DNA from: an uncultured Dehalogenimonas sp.
Lineage (GTDB): Bacteria; Chloroflexota; Dehalococcoidia; Dehalococcoidales; Dehalococcoidaceae
Direction: 5' to 3'
Length of the DNA: 38,834 nt
Assembly (NCBI GenBank): GCA_964528105.1
Contig: CAZGRY010000002.1
Span: 1-38,834 of the forward strand
Positions 26,336-34,920 of this stretch are shown here, one piece after another. The position numbers were made by a program, and so were the translations under genes. Under the pieces are notes generated by a model, which worked only from the letters and a program-made list of their open reading frames with translations, was not told where the DNA came from and ran no database searches. Each line of letters begins with the position of its first letter. Positions within the stretch are counted from its first letter, which is position 1.

Positions 26336-29300
26336 CTACGGACAGCCGATCAGGGCATCCACCATTGCTCTAAGTTGATCGGGAGTAAACCCTTTGACCA
26401 CGATGCCGGCCTTGGGGCAGGTTGCCATACAAACGCCGCAACCCCGGCATTTCACGGGGTCGGACTCGACCATTTTCTTTGTCTCGCCATCTTTCTCGTA
26501 TTCCACCAGGGTGATGGCTTTGTAAGGACACGGGTCGACGCAATAAGCGCAGCCGTCACAATTGGCTTCGATGACCTCGGAGACGCGCGGCTCAAGGTCG
26601 ATCCGGCCTTTGGCTATGGTGGCCAGCACTCGTGCCGCCGCCGCCAGGGCCTGGGCGACGGTCTGGGGAATATCCTTCGGCCCCTGGGCGCAGCCAGCGA
26701 TGAATACCCCCTCGTTCATGGTGGCGATCGGGTCAAGCTTGGGATGGCGTTCCAGGAAAAAGCCATCGGCCGAGCACGACAGCCCGAAAAGACGGCCGAC
26801 AGCCTCGGCATCCTTCTGCGGTTCAACAGCGACAGCTAGCACCACCATGTCCACCGGTACCCTTAGAACCGCGCCAAGGAGTGTATCCTCGACGATGACG
26901 ATTAGCTTTCCAGGTGTTTCATCGCCAATCGTCTTATCGATGACATCGGCCACCTTGCCGCGAATGAAATTGATACCTTCTTCGGCGACCCGGTTGGAAA
27001 ACTCCTCATAGCCCTTGCCAGCGCAGCGTAAGTCTATGTACATCTGATAAACGCTGGCCCCGGTGCGTTCCTGGATGAGGTGTGCCTGTTTAAGCGAATA
27101 CATGCAACATATTTGCGAACAGTACTCATGGTAATTCTTATCGCGGCTGCCAACGCAATGAACGACAGCTACCGACTCGGGCTTACGGCCATCTTTCAGC
27201 TTGATTTCGCCGCTGGTAGGGCCCGAGGCATTGGCCAGCCGTTCGAATTCGAGGCTGGTGATTACGTTGTCAGATTGCCCGTAACCATAGTGCGATATGA
27301 CCGAAGGGTCGAAGGTGTCAAAACCGGTGGCGACCACGATATTACCCACTTCAAGCTCAAGGTATTCGGGCTTCTGTTCGAAGTCGATGCACTTAGCTTC
27401 ACAGGCGATGACGCACTGGCCGCAGTCGGAGCAGCCGGCGCAGTTTAAGCAGCGGGCAGCTTCAGCCACGGCTTGAGCTTCAGTAAGGGTCAGTTCGGTT
27501 TCGGCAAACGAAGTTATCGGCAAACCGGAATGAGACGGATTTACCCGCACAATTTCAGGCAAACCGTTAACCGATGGTCGGACAATCAACTTCTCCGGTT
27601 TACGACCAGCCAACAAGTCTTTCCCGTTAAGATACCGGTCGATAGACGTTGCCGCCTCTTTTCCCGCGGCGATCGCTTCGATGACAGTGGCAGCGCCGGT
27701 AACCGCGTCACCCCCGGCGAATACGCCTTCGGTACTGGTTTCGAGGCTTATCGGGTTGGCAAGGATCGTGCCGGTGGACTGTCGCTCGAGTTCTCCAAAA
27801 GCTTGAGGAATAACGGATTGACCGATGGCGACAATGACACTATCGGCTGAAAGGTCGAACTCAGTTCCGGCCACAGGTATCGGGCGGCGGCGGCCACTGG
27901 AATCGGGTTCGCCGAGTTCCATGCGAATACAACGCAAACCGCTGACCACACCGTTAATGTCGATGATGGCGACGGGTGCGCTGAGAACCATCAGCTTGAC
28001 GCCTTCGGCTTCCGCCGAGGCGATCTCCTCGGCAATGGCCGGCATTTCAATCCGCGAGCGGCGATAGATTATCGTAACTTCACCGGCGCCTAATCGAACA
28101 GTGGTTCTGGCGGCGTCTGTGGCGGCGTTACCGCCGCCGATGACGGCTACCTTTGCGCCAAGTTTAGGCGCCTGATTCTGTCTCACTTGCTTGAGGAAAT
28201 CGAGGGCATTGATTACGCCATCCGCCGTCTCGCCGGGGATACCGAGTTTCTGGCCTTGCCAGGCGCCGCAGGCGACGAACGTGGCGCGGTAACCTTCTTC
28301 TTTGAGCCTGGCGATAGATTCGATGCGTAAATTTGTCTTGAGATCGGCGCCGAGTTCACGAAGGTAAGATATATCGTTGTCGAGGGCTTGTTCCGGCAGC
28401 CGATAAGCTGGAATACCGTAGCGCAGCATACCGCCGGGCTTCTCATCGGCCTCGAACACCGTGACCGGGTAGCCCAGTTTCAATAGATCGTAGGTGCAGG
28501 CCAAACCGGCCGGACCGGAGCCGACTACAGCGACCTTCTCGGTTCTGGTAATCGACGCCTTGCCCGGCGTTCGGCCCTGTTCGATCTCGTACTCGGAGAT
28601 GAAACGTTTTAAGGCCCGGATCGATACCGCTTCATCCAGATCGTTTCGGCCGCATTCGGTTTCGCAGGGATGGGTGCAGACCCGCCCGCAGACGGCGGCG
28701 AATGGTATGGTGCGCCTGACTACATCCAGCGCCTCGGCGAATTTGCCCTGGGATATGAGAGCGGTATAGCCCTGGGCATTTACCCCTGCAGGACAGGCGG
28801 CGCGGCAGGGCGGGGTGCCGCGCCGGTCAATGGTGTAGGTGTTGGGCACCGATTGCGGGAACGGCCGGTAAGCCGCTTTTCGGCCGGAGAGTCCCTGGTC
28901 GAATTCCGAAGGAATAGTAACCGGGCAAACGGTGGCGCAATCGCCGCAGCCTTTGCAGTCTTTTTCATGGATGAATCTTGGCTTGCGATTCACCGCGATT
29001 TTAAAGCTACCGGCATGACCCGATACCGATGTGACCTCGCTGTATGACAGCAGATCGATATTAGGGTGCTGGCCTGCCTGGCTCATCTTCGGTGTGGAAA
29101 TGCAGGCGGCGCAGTCGAGTGTGGGAAAAGTCTTGTCGAGTTGCGCCATGTGCCCGCCGATGCTCGGCGTCTTCTCGACCAGGTAAACCTTGTGACCGGC
29201 CTCAGCGATTTCCAAAGCGGTAGTGATGCCGGCTATGCCGCCGCCGACGACCAGGGTGTTACGGTTGACCTCAATGCTCCTCGGTTCCAGTGGTTGCTGC

Positions 29301-29695
29301 AAGGCGACGCGTCGAACAGCGGCCCGAACAGCATCCTTGGCTTTTTGGGTGGCCGCTTCAGGGTTATTCCGATTGACCCAGGCGCAGTGTTCCCGAATGT
29401 TGGCCATCTCAAGAAGATATGGGTTCAAGCCGGCAGACTGCAAGACACCGCGATAGGTCTTTTCGTGCATGGTGGGGGAGCAGGCGGCCACAACGATTCG
29501 GTTTAGGCCATGTTCGGCGACATCGGCCTTGATCACTTCCTGGCCGGGATCGGAGCAGGTATATTTGTTGGCGCTGGCGACGGTCACGCCTGGCAGCGTT
29601 CGAGCATCTTCTGCGACAGCGGCAACGTCGATGACACTGGCAATGTTAATTCCGCAGTGGCAGACATAGACACCGATTCTGATTTCTTCGGCCAT
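26336..29695 (-). CDS. HdrL-type HdrA: HdrA with inserted GltD/NfnB-like FAD-NAD(P)H module
   Basis: HdrA parts: GVYVCHCG, VGGGIAG, QLDKTFPTLDC, HCVGSR..CSQICC, C-terminal ferredoxin. Insert: PCRAACP..CGRVCTHPCE.EC, VVGSGPAG, VIGGGNAA, IYRRSR, FAGGD. Confidence 0.9.
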   Translation of the reverse strand: MAEEIRIGVYVCHCGINIASVIDVAAVAEDARTLPGVTVASANKYTCSDPGQEVIKADVAEHGLNRIVVAACSPTMHEKTYRGVLQSAGLNPYLLEMANIREHCAWVNRNNPEAATQKAKDAVRAAVRRVALQQPLEPRSIEVNRNTLVVGGGIAGITTALEIAEAGHKVYLVEKTPSIGGHMAQLDKTFPTLDCAACISTPKMSQAGQHPNIDLLSYSEVTSVSGHAGSFKIAVNRKPRFIHEKDCKGCGDCATVCPVTIPSEFDQGLSGRKAAYRPFPQSVPNTYTIDRRGTPPCRAACPAGVNAQGYTALISQGKFAEALDVVRRTIPFAAVCGRVCTHPCETECGRNDLDEAVSIRALKRFISEYEIEQGRTPGKASITRTEKVAVVGSGPAGLACTYDLLKLGYPVTVFEADEKPGGMLRYGIPAYRLPEQALDNDISYLRELGADLKTNLRIESIARLKEEGYRATFVACGAWQGQKLGIPGETADGVINALDFLKQVRQNQAPKLGAKVAVIGGGNAATDAARTTVRLGAGEVTIIYRRSRIEMPAIAEEIASAEAEGVKLMVLSAPVAIIDINGVVSGLRCIRMELGEPDSSGRRRPIPVAGTEFDLSADSVIVAIGQSVIPQAFGELERQSTGTILANPISLETSTEGVFAGGDAVTGAATVIEAIAAGKEAATSIDRYLNGKDLLAGRKPEKLIVRPSVNGLPEIVRVNPSHSGLPITSFAETELTLTEAQAVAEAARCLNCAGCSDCGQCVIACEAKCIDFEQKPEYLELEVGNIVVATGFDTFDPSVISHYGYGQSDNVITSLEFERLANASGPTSGEIKLKDGRKPESVAVVHCVGSRDKNYHEYCSQICCMYSLKQAHLIQERTGASVYQMYIDLRCAGKGYEEFSNRVAEEGINFIRGKVADVIDKTIGDETPGKLIVIVEDTLLGAVLRVPVDMVVLAVAVEPQKDAEAVGRLFGLSCSADGFFLERHPKLDPIATMNEGVFIAGCAQGPKDIPQTVAQALAAAARVLATIAKGRIDLEPRVSEVIEANCDGCAYCVDPCPYKAITLVEYEKDGETKKMVESDPVKCRGCGVCMATCPKAGIVVKGFTPDQLRAMVDALIGCP

Positions 29696-29712
29696 GAGAG
29701 CCTCCTAAAGAG

Positions 29713-30888
29713 CTAAAGAGCCTGGGCGACCAACTCGCTGACATCGATTACCGAAAAGCCTTCAGCGAGCGATTGGTTAAGGGCGGTATCTTTGAAGTTC
29801 GAGAGGCAATAGGGGCAGGCGGTGACCAGGGTATCGGCGCCGGTGGCCGCGGCTTGTCTCAGCCGTTCTTCGCAAAAACGCTCGTTCCGCGGCGTTTCCA
29901 TCCAGATTCTACCGCCACCGCGGCCGCAGCACAGACTGTCGGCTTTGGCCGGGTCGATTTCGATCAATTCTGATGTTGTTACCGAGTTGATGGCTTTCCG
30001 CGGATTCTCGTAGATACCGTTGTGCCGGCCTAGGTAACAGGGGTCATGATAGGTGATTTTTCGGTCGATCTTCCTGGATAGTTTTAGGCGTCCTTCATCA
30101 ATCAAAGAGGGAATCATTTGACCGGTGTGGATGACTTCAAAACGAGCGTCTAGTTCGGGGTATTCATGTTTCAAAGTATGGTAACAGTGCGGTGAGTTTA
30201 CGATGATTTTCTTGACCTGGTTTTCTTTGAATAGTTGGGCATTGCCGCCGGCAAGCTGCTGAAACAGCGCCTCGTCGCCGGCCTTACGGGCGGACTCACC
30301 GCAACAGACGATGCCTTCCAAAATGCCGAAATCGACCCCGGCGGCTGTAAGTATTCTGGCCGTTGCCCGCCCTACGTTTTTCATCGAAGGGTCAAACGCT
30401 GTGTAACAACACGGAAAGAATAGGTATTCGGTTGACGTACAAAAAGGTTTGACGCCCAAGCCCTCGGCCCAAGCGTTACGGTTTTCAGCCGGCTCTCCCA
30501 TAGGGTTGCCGGTAGCGGACAGGTTGCGCAATGCCCCGGCCAGGGCTGCCGGTGCCTCGGCGATGCCCAACCCGATAACCGCCCGCCGCAGGGCGCGCAT
30601 TAGTTCGATGATCGGCACTTCACGGGGGCAGCGCTGAACGCATTTATTGCAGGTGACGCAGCGCCAAAGCGAGTCGGACTCGAACTCGGTTAGGCCGAGC
30701 CTGGCTTCCTGGAACATCCGGCGGGGCAGGAACGAGATATAATCTCGCCACGGGCAGGTGCCGGAGCAGGTACCGCATTGGTAGCATTCTTTGAGCGCTT
30801 GACCACCGTTTTCTGAGATAATATCGGCAAGGTCTTTAAACGGAGCTTTGGTAGACAAGCTAACCTCCGGTAATAGTTGAACGCTCAT
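29713..30888 (-). CDS. HdrD/GlpC-like Fe-S oxidoreductase (2x[4Fe-4S] + two CCG domains)
   Basis: CYQCGTCSGTCP, CVTCNKCVQRCP, FPCC, VCCG, YHDPCYLGRHN, LCCG, TACPYC. Confidence 0.9.
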   Translation of the reverse strand: MSVQLLPEVSLSTKAPFKDLADIISENGGQALKECYQCGTCSGTCPWRDYISFLPRRMFQEARLGLTEFESDSLWRCVTCNKCVQRCPREVPIIELMRALRRAVIGLGIAEAPAALAGALRNLSATGNPMGEPAENRNAWAEGLGVKPFCTSTEYLFFPCCYTAFDPSMKNVGRATARILTAAGVDFGILEGIVCCGESARKAGDEALFQQLAGGNAQLFKENQVKKIIVNSPHCYHTLKHEYPELDARFEVIHTGQMIPSLIDEGRLKLSRKIDRKITYHDPCYLGRHNGIYENPRKAINSVTTSELIEIDPAKADSLCCGRGGGRIWMETPRNERFCEERLRQAAATGADTLVTACPYCLSNFKDTALNQSLAEGFSVIDVSELVAQAL

Positions 30889-30902
30889 TCAACGATGTCG
30901 GG

Positions 30903-30911
30903 ATTATAGCA
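30903..30911 (-). promoter_or_regulatory. Extended -10 promoter (TGcTATAAT) for hdrD-hdrL
   Basis: Reverse complement of attatagca, 14 nt upstream of ATG 30888. Confidence 0.6.
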
Positions 30912-30933
30912 TAAACCCCCGCAGCTAAACCAA

Positions 30934-32079
30934 CTAATAGGGGTGTTCCTGATGCTCCGACGGGGTGGGTAATTCCACCTGAACGGTGGTGCCTTCGCCG
31001 GGAACGGACTTGATGGATAGCCTGGCGCCGATGAGCTGAGCCCGCTCCTGCATGCCTGTCAGCCCAAGCTTACCGCTAACGGCCAGGTCGCCAATTCTAT
31101 CCGGCGGGTGGAAACCGCGTCCGTTGTCCTTGATGGTAAAAACGGTGGCCTCGGGAGTAAAGTCGGCGGTGACCCAAACCCGACTGGCCATGGCGTGCTT
31201 GCCGACGTTTCGTAGCGCTTCCTGAACGACCCTAAAAAGTACCAGTTCGGCTTCCGGCGGGAAGCGGCGGGGCTCCCCGCGGATCTCAAGGTCGATTTTA
31301 AGTTTATAGTATTTGGCGAACTCCGGTACCAGCCAATCGATGGCCGGGATGAGACCCAGATCGTCAAGGACCGAAGGTCGCAGGTCCTGGCTGAAACGGC
31401 GCACCCCGCTCAAGGTGCGGTTGATGTGCTGGTGCATCTCCTCCAGGTAGGCCTCATCGGAGGCTGGCAACGTGGGATGAAGCGTCAAAAAGCCATCTAC
31501 TTTTCGGGACAAAGCGATCAGGTCCTGCGCCGTGTCATCGTGAAGTTCCTGGGCGATGCGCCGGCGTTCTTCCTCCTGGGCGATGGTGATCTGTTTCAAA
31601 TAGAACCTGAGGTTTTGCTGCATCCGTTGCAGTTCCCGCTGGGCATTCTCCAGGCGCAGATAGGCGACCTGGCGGTGTTTTTTATCTGTTTCGTAGCTTT
31701 CCAGCCACAGGTTGACCACCAATCCGATGATGACGATGCCGATGATCTCGATGATATCATCCGGAAACGACTTGGCTTCGCCCATAAACAGATTCGGCAC
31801 GATGATAGTGACGGCGATAAGTAACGCCAATAGACCGGTTCGCATCCCGAAAACAAGCGCGGCATAAGTTACCGGCAAGAGCATGATCAAACGGCTAAAC
31901 GAATGCCGGGTAAGGGATAAAAATGAATCCGGATCGATGGCATTGATGAAGGGAATGAACTGCGGATATTGGAGGAAAAAACCACCGGTGAACAAAAGAA
32001 CGAGTAACCAGAAATGGAAATTCAATAAAAAGCGCGGTATGTTACGCCGCCGCTTTCCGGCTTTTTCTGGCGCTTTCAT
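30934..32079 (-). CDS. Membrane sensor histidine kinase (HisKA_3, NarX/DegS type)
   Basis: About four N-terminal TM helices, EERRRIAQELHDD, LRPSVLDDLGL, QEALRNV.KHA, DNGRGF, GL.GM.ERA. Start uncertain (32079-32127). Confidence 0.92.
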   Translation of the reverse strand: MKAPEKAGKRRRNIPRFLLNFHFWLLVLLFTGGFFLQYPQFIPFINAIDPDSFLSLTRHSFSRLIMLLPVTYAALVFGMRTGLLALLIAVTIIVPNLFMGEAKSFPDDIIEIIGIVIIGLVVNLWLESYETDKKHRQVAYLRLENAQRELQRMQQNLRFYLKQITIAQEEERRRIAQELHDDTAQDLIALSRKVDGFLTLHPTLPASDEAYLEEMHQHINRTLSGVRRFSQDLRPSVLDDLGLIPAIDWLVPEFAKYYKLKIDLEIRGEPRRFPPEAELVLFRVVQEALRNVGKHAMASRVWVTADFTPEATVFTIKDNGRGFHPPDRIGDLAVSGKLGLTGMQERAQLIGARLSIKSVPGEGTTVQVELPTPSEHQEHPY

Positions 32080-32099
32080 CGGTCGAGCCACGGCGGTGC

Positions 32100-32774
32100 T
32101 TACGGCAATTCCTCCATGTAAAACCAACCCCGCTTCAAACCGTAAAGTATGGCTTCGGTACGGGAGGCCACCGATAGTTTCTTAAAGATGTTAGAAAGAT
32201 GGGTTTGAACGGTGCGGTTGCTGACAAACAATTGTTCGGCGATGTCCCGGTTGCTGACGCCCTTGGCCGCCAGCTTGAGTACTTCCATCTCCCGTTCTGT
32301 CAGGGTAACGGCCGCCGACTCTTCATCCGGTTTAATGGCTTTGATTTTGAGGTGATCGATCACTCGGCGGGTTGTGGAAGGTTGGAGGATGGACTCACCC
32401 GAAAATACGGCCCGGATGGCTTCGATGAGTTGGTTGCCCCGAACGTTTTTCAGAAGGTAGCCCGCCGCCCCGGCTTCAAGCAGGGCCATGATGTACTGAT
32501 CGCTGTCATAGGCGGTAAGAATCAGCACAGCCGTGGTCGGTAAAAACTTCTTAATCTGCTTGGTGGCTTCGATGCCATTCATGTTGGGCATGGCGATGTC
32601 CATGACGATGACGTCCGGACGATAGATGCGGGATAGCTCGACGGCCTCGACACCGTCACTGGCCTCGGCAACCACCTCCATGTCGGACTGGCGCTGTACC
32701 AGTTCCTTGGTCCCTTCACGGACGATCACGTGATCATCGGCAAGAAGGACTTTGATCTTTTCTGTACTTTCCAT
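32100..32774 (-). CDS. NarL/LuxR-family response regulator
   Basis: LADDH, VMDIAMP, GYLLK, LTEREMEVL...SNRDIA..L.VS.RTVQTH. ATG 32774 preferred over TTG 32786. Confidence 0.95.
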   Translation of the reverse strand: MESTEKIKVLLADDHVIVREGTKELVQRQSDMEVVAEASDGVEAVELSRIYRPDVIVMDIAMPNMNGIEATKQIKKFLPTTAVLILTAYDSDQYIMALLEAGAAGYLLKNVRGNQLIEAIRAVFSGESILQPSTTRRVIDHLKIKAIKPDEESAAVTLTEREMEVLKLAAKGVSNRDIAEQLFVSNRTVQTHLSNIFKKLSVASRTEAILYGLKRGWFYMEELP

Positions 32775-32826
32775 AATATTACCCAATCTAATTATATTCC
32801 GGTCTGCGCTGGCTGTCTATTGTTTA

Positions 32827-33465
32827 TCAATCACCGTCGAAAGAGCATAATTTGGAAGCTATGGATTGGCATAATGCTGCGATGTCTTCAACCGGCAGGT
32901 AATTGGTGATACCTGAATCGAACAACACAGAGCCTTCAGGTGGCAAACCGATTTCGCCCTGCCAGATAATCCAACTCAACATTACTCTGGGAAAAATGTC
33001 GAACGATGCTCCAGCATCACCCATGGCAACGTTTTTTCCACCGATGGATGCGGCTGCGGCCGAGAACGCTGCCAGAGAATCGCCAAATTTCATTACTACC
33101 GGTAACACGGCTCGTTTGTAGAAGGTCGGGAAATAGCCTGCGCCATCGGCCAGGTCCTTGAAGGAGATCAGTTTTCCCGAAGAGGCTTGACCGCCGGCAG
33201 TGCACAGGTAATGGAGAATCACAAGTTGTTCGGTCATCGGTAGAATGCCTGCGGGTGAGATGACCGACCGCTGCTCGATATCAACGATGGCTTGGACTTT
33301 GCAAAATCCCACCCTAAGCGAAGAATCACTCAAACTGACTGCGCCGCTGCGTCGGCATATTTCACCCAGGTCTGATTGCGCCAATTGGGCAAACGCAAGC
33401 TCGTACGATTGAGCATAAGCTCGTTCATAGCCACCGGGTGATGGCACGTTCTGCACCTGGTTCAT
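32827..33465 (-). CDS. DUF3786-like protein
   Basis: LVILHYL, ISFKDL.DG..Y...F, FPRV, SVLFD, LPVEDI match my recollection of DUF3786, a family often found near corrinoid/acs genes. Confidence 0.75.
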   Translation of the reverse strand: MNQVQNVPSPGGYERAYAQSYELAFAQLAQSDLGEICRRSGAVSLSDSSLRVGFCKVQAIVDIEQRSVISPAGILPMTEQLVILHYLCTAGGQASSGKLISFKDLADGAGYFPTFYKRAVLPVVMKFGDSLAAFSAAAASIGGKNVAMGDAGASFDIFPRVMLSWIIWQGEIGLPPEGSVLFDSGITNYLPVEDIAALCQSIASKLCSFDGD

Positions 33466-33555
33466 GGAATCTCCAGTCGTGGTCGGTTAGCCTGAACGAT
33501 ACTTAAAACGCCCGTACCAAGCCTCTCGTGGTTAAGACCTTGCCGCGACGTTCTC

Positions 33556-34905
33556 TTAGGTTGTCCAGTTCGTCTTGAGATAGGATAACAGGTGAGCTGC
33601 CTCCCGGGGACCAACCATGATTTCCCAACCCGGCAGGGCGTCTTCCAAGCCGCCGCTTTCGTGGGCGATATAGCCGGGGATGATAATTTTTCGGTGCTTC
33701 ACCCGGTCCGCGATGCCGCTTTTTTTAACGAACCCGCCGATATTGTCGGCACCGAACTTACCCGCCGCCCAAGCGGTCATGACAGAAAGACCCTCGGTGT
33801 CCTTAATCAGAAGGTGTGCCGGCATGCGAGTGTTCTCGATCTCGCCCGAAACGATGAAGTAGGTCAACGAAAAATTGCAGGTGATAGCTACCGGCGAGTT
33901 CTCATCGGGGCCGTTGATCTCGTAGATGCCCTCGGCGGTAGCTTGAGGCCGTTGCGGGTCGCTGAAAAGGTTCATCCGCGCCACCAGGAGCGGGAACAGC
34001 GTCTCGCCTTTGAAATCGGATAGAACGATGATCCCGGCATACTTAGCGACCATGACGGAGGCAATCAGCGTCTCTTTCAGGGGATTATCGGTCATATCCG
34101 AAGGAAAGGCGATGGTCGGGTAGCCCAGCAGGCGGAATTTCTTGAGCAGCGCTAACCTTCTGACGGCTACCTGGTCGAAAAGCGCCTGTTTCAAACTTCG
34201 GGCGCCGGCGTCTAGGATGATATCCTTGACGCCCAACCGAACCAGCCTGTCGGTTAGCTCTGCCAATCCCTCGAGGCTGTGGCTCCTGGCCACCACCGGC
34301 AGATTGTAGTCGATCGCCAGCGGAGCCATCAGGTCAAAATTGGTCTCGGTCACCGCGCAGAGAACTGGCTTACGTTCGCCGCAGGCTTCGGCGGCGGCGA
34401 GAAAGCCGTCAACGTCCTCACATAATAGGAGGATGCCGGCGTCGGTCTCGGTTTTGGCTTTTTTCGCCAGGGCGGCGTAAATATCCGGGTTACCTGATTG
34501 GTATTTCAGGGCTAACAACTCCGGCTTCAGCGTTGCACCGACGCGGGTGAAGGTATACTGCTTCAGGCTTTTAAGGCGGCGGTCTATCTCGGCGGCGGGC
34601 ATGGTGTCGCTGATGACAACAGCCAGTCCCGGCGGGTTTTCGAAGCGCTTTTCGTGGCGGAAGAGCACCGTCTCACCGCCGACTTTCAGGGGTTTGCCGC
34701 CGGTGGCAATCATTACCGGGCGGATAGGCGGCGCCGATGCCTCCTCCAGCCTGGCCTTCGATTCGTCGGTAACGAACGGGCACGCGGCCAGTTCTGCTTT
34801 GCCTGCTGCCAGGCTCATGGCGAAGGCAAGGCAGGTTGGGACGCCGCATTTTCCGCAGTTGGTCCTGGGCAAATATTTAAAAATCTCGATGCCGGAGAGA
34901 GCCAT
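33556..34905 (-). CDS. acsC: Corrinoid iron-sulfur protein large (gamma) subunit
   Basis: LPRTNCGKCGVPTCLAFA..CP, GGETVLFRHEK, NFSLTYF.V, GLSVMTAWAAGKF, VGPREA. Confidence 0.96.
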   Translation of the reverse strand: MALSGIEIFKYLPRTNCGKCGVPTCLAFAMSLAAGKAELAACPFVTDESKARLEEASAPPIRPVMIATGGKPLKVGGETVLFRHEKRFENPPGLAVVISDTMPAAEIDRRLKSLKQYTFTRVGATLKPELLALKYQSGNPDIYAALAKKAKTETDAGILLLCEDVDGFLAAAEACGERKPVLCAVTETNFDLMAPLAIDYNLPVVARSHSLEGLAELTDRLVRLGVKDIILDAGARSLKQALFDQVAVRRLALLKKFRLLGYPTIAFPSDMTDNPLKETLIASVMVAKYAGIIVLSDFKGETLFPLLVARMNLFSDPQRPQATAEGIYEINGPDENSPVAITCNFSLTYFIVSGEIENTRMPAHLLIKDTEGLSVMTAWAAGKFGADNIGGFVKKSGIADRVKHRKIIIPGYIAHESGGLEDALPGWEIMVGPREAAHLLSYLKTNWTT

Positions 34906-34920
34906 CAGTGTCTCCTTCGA

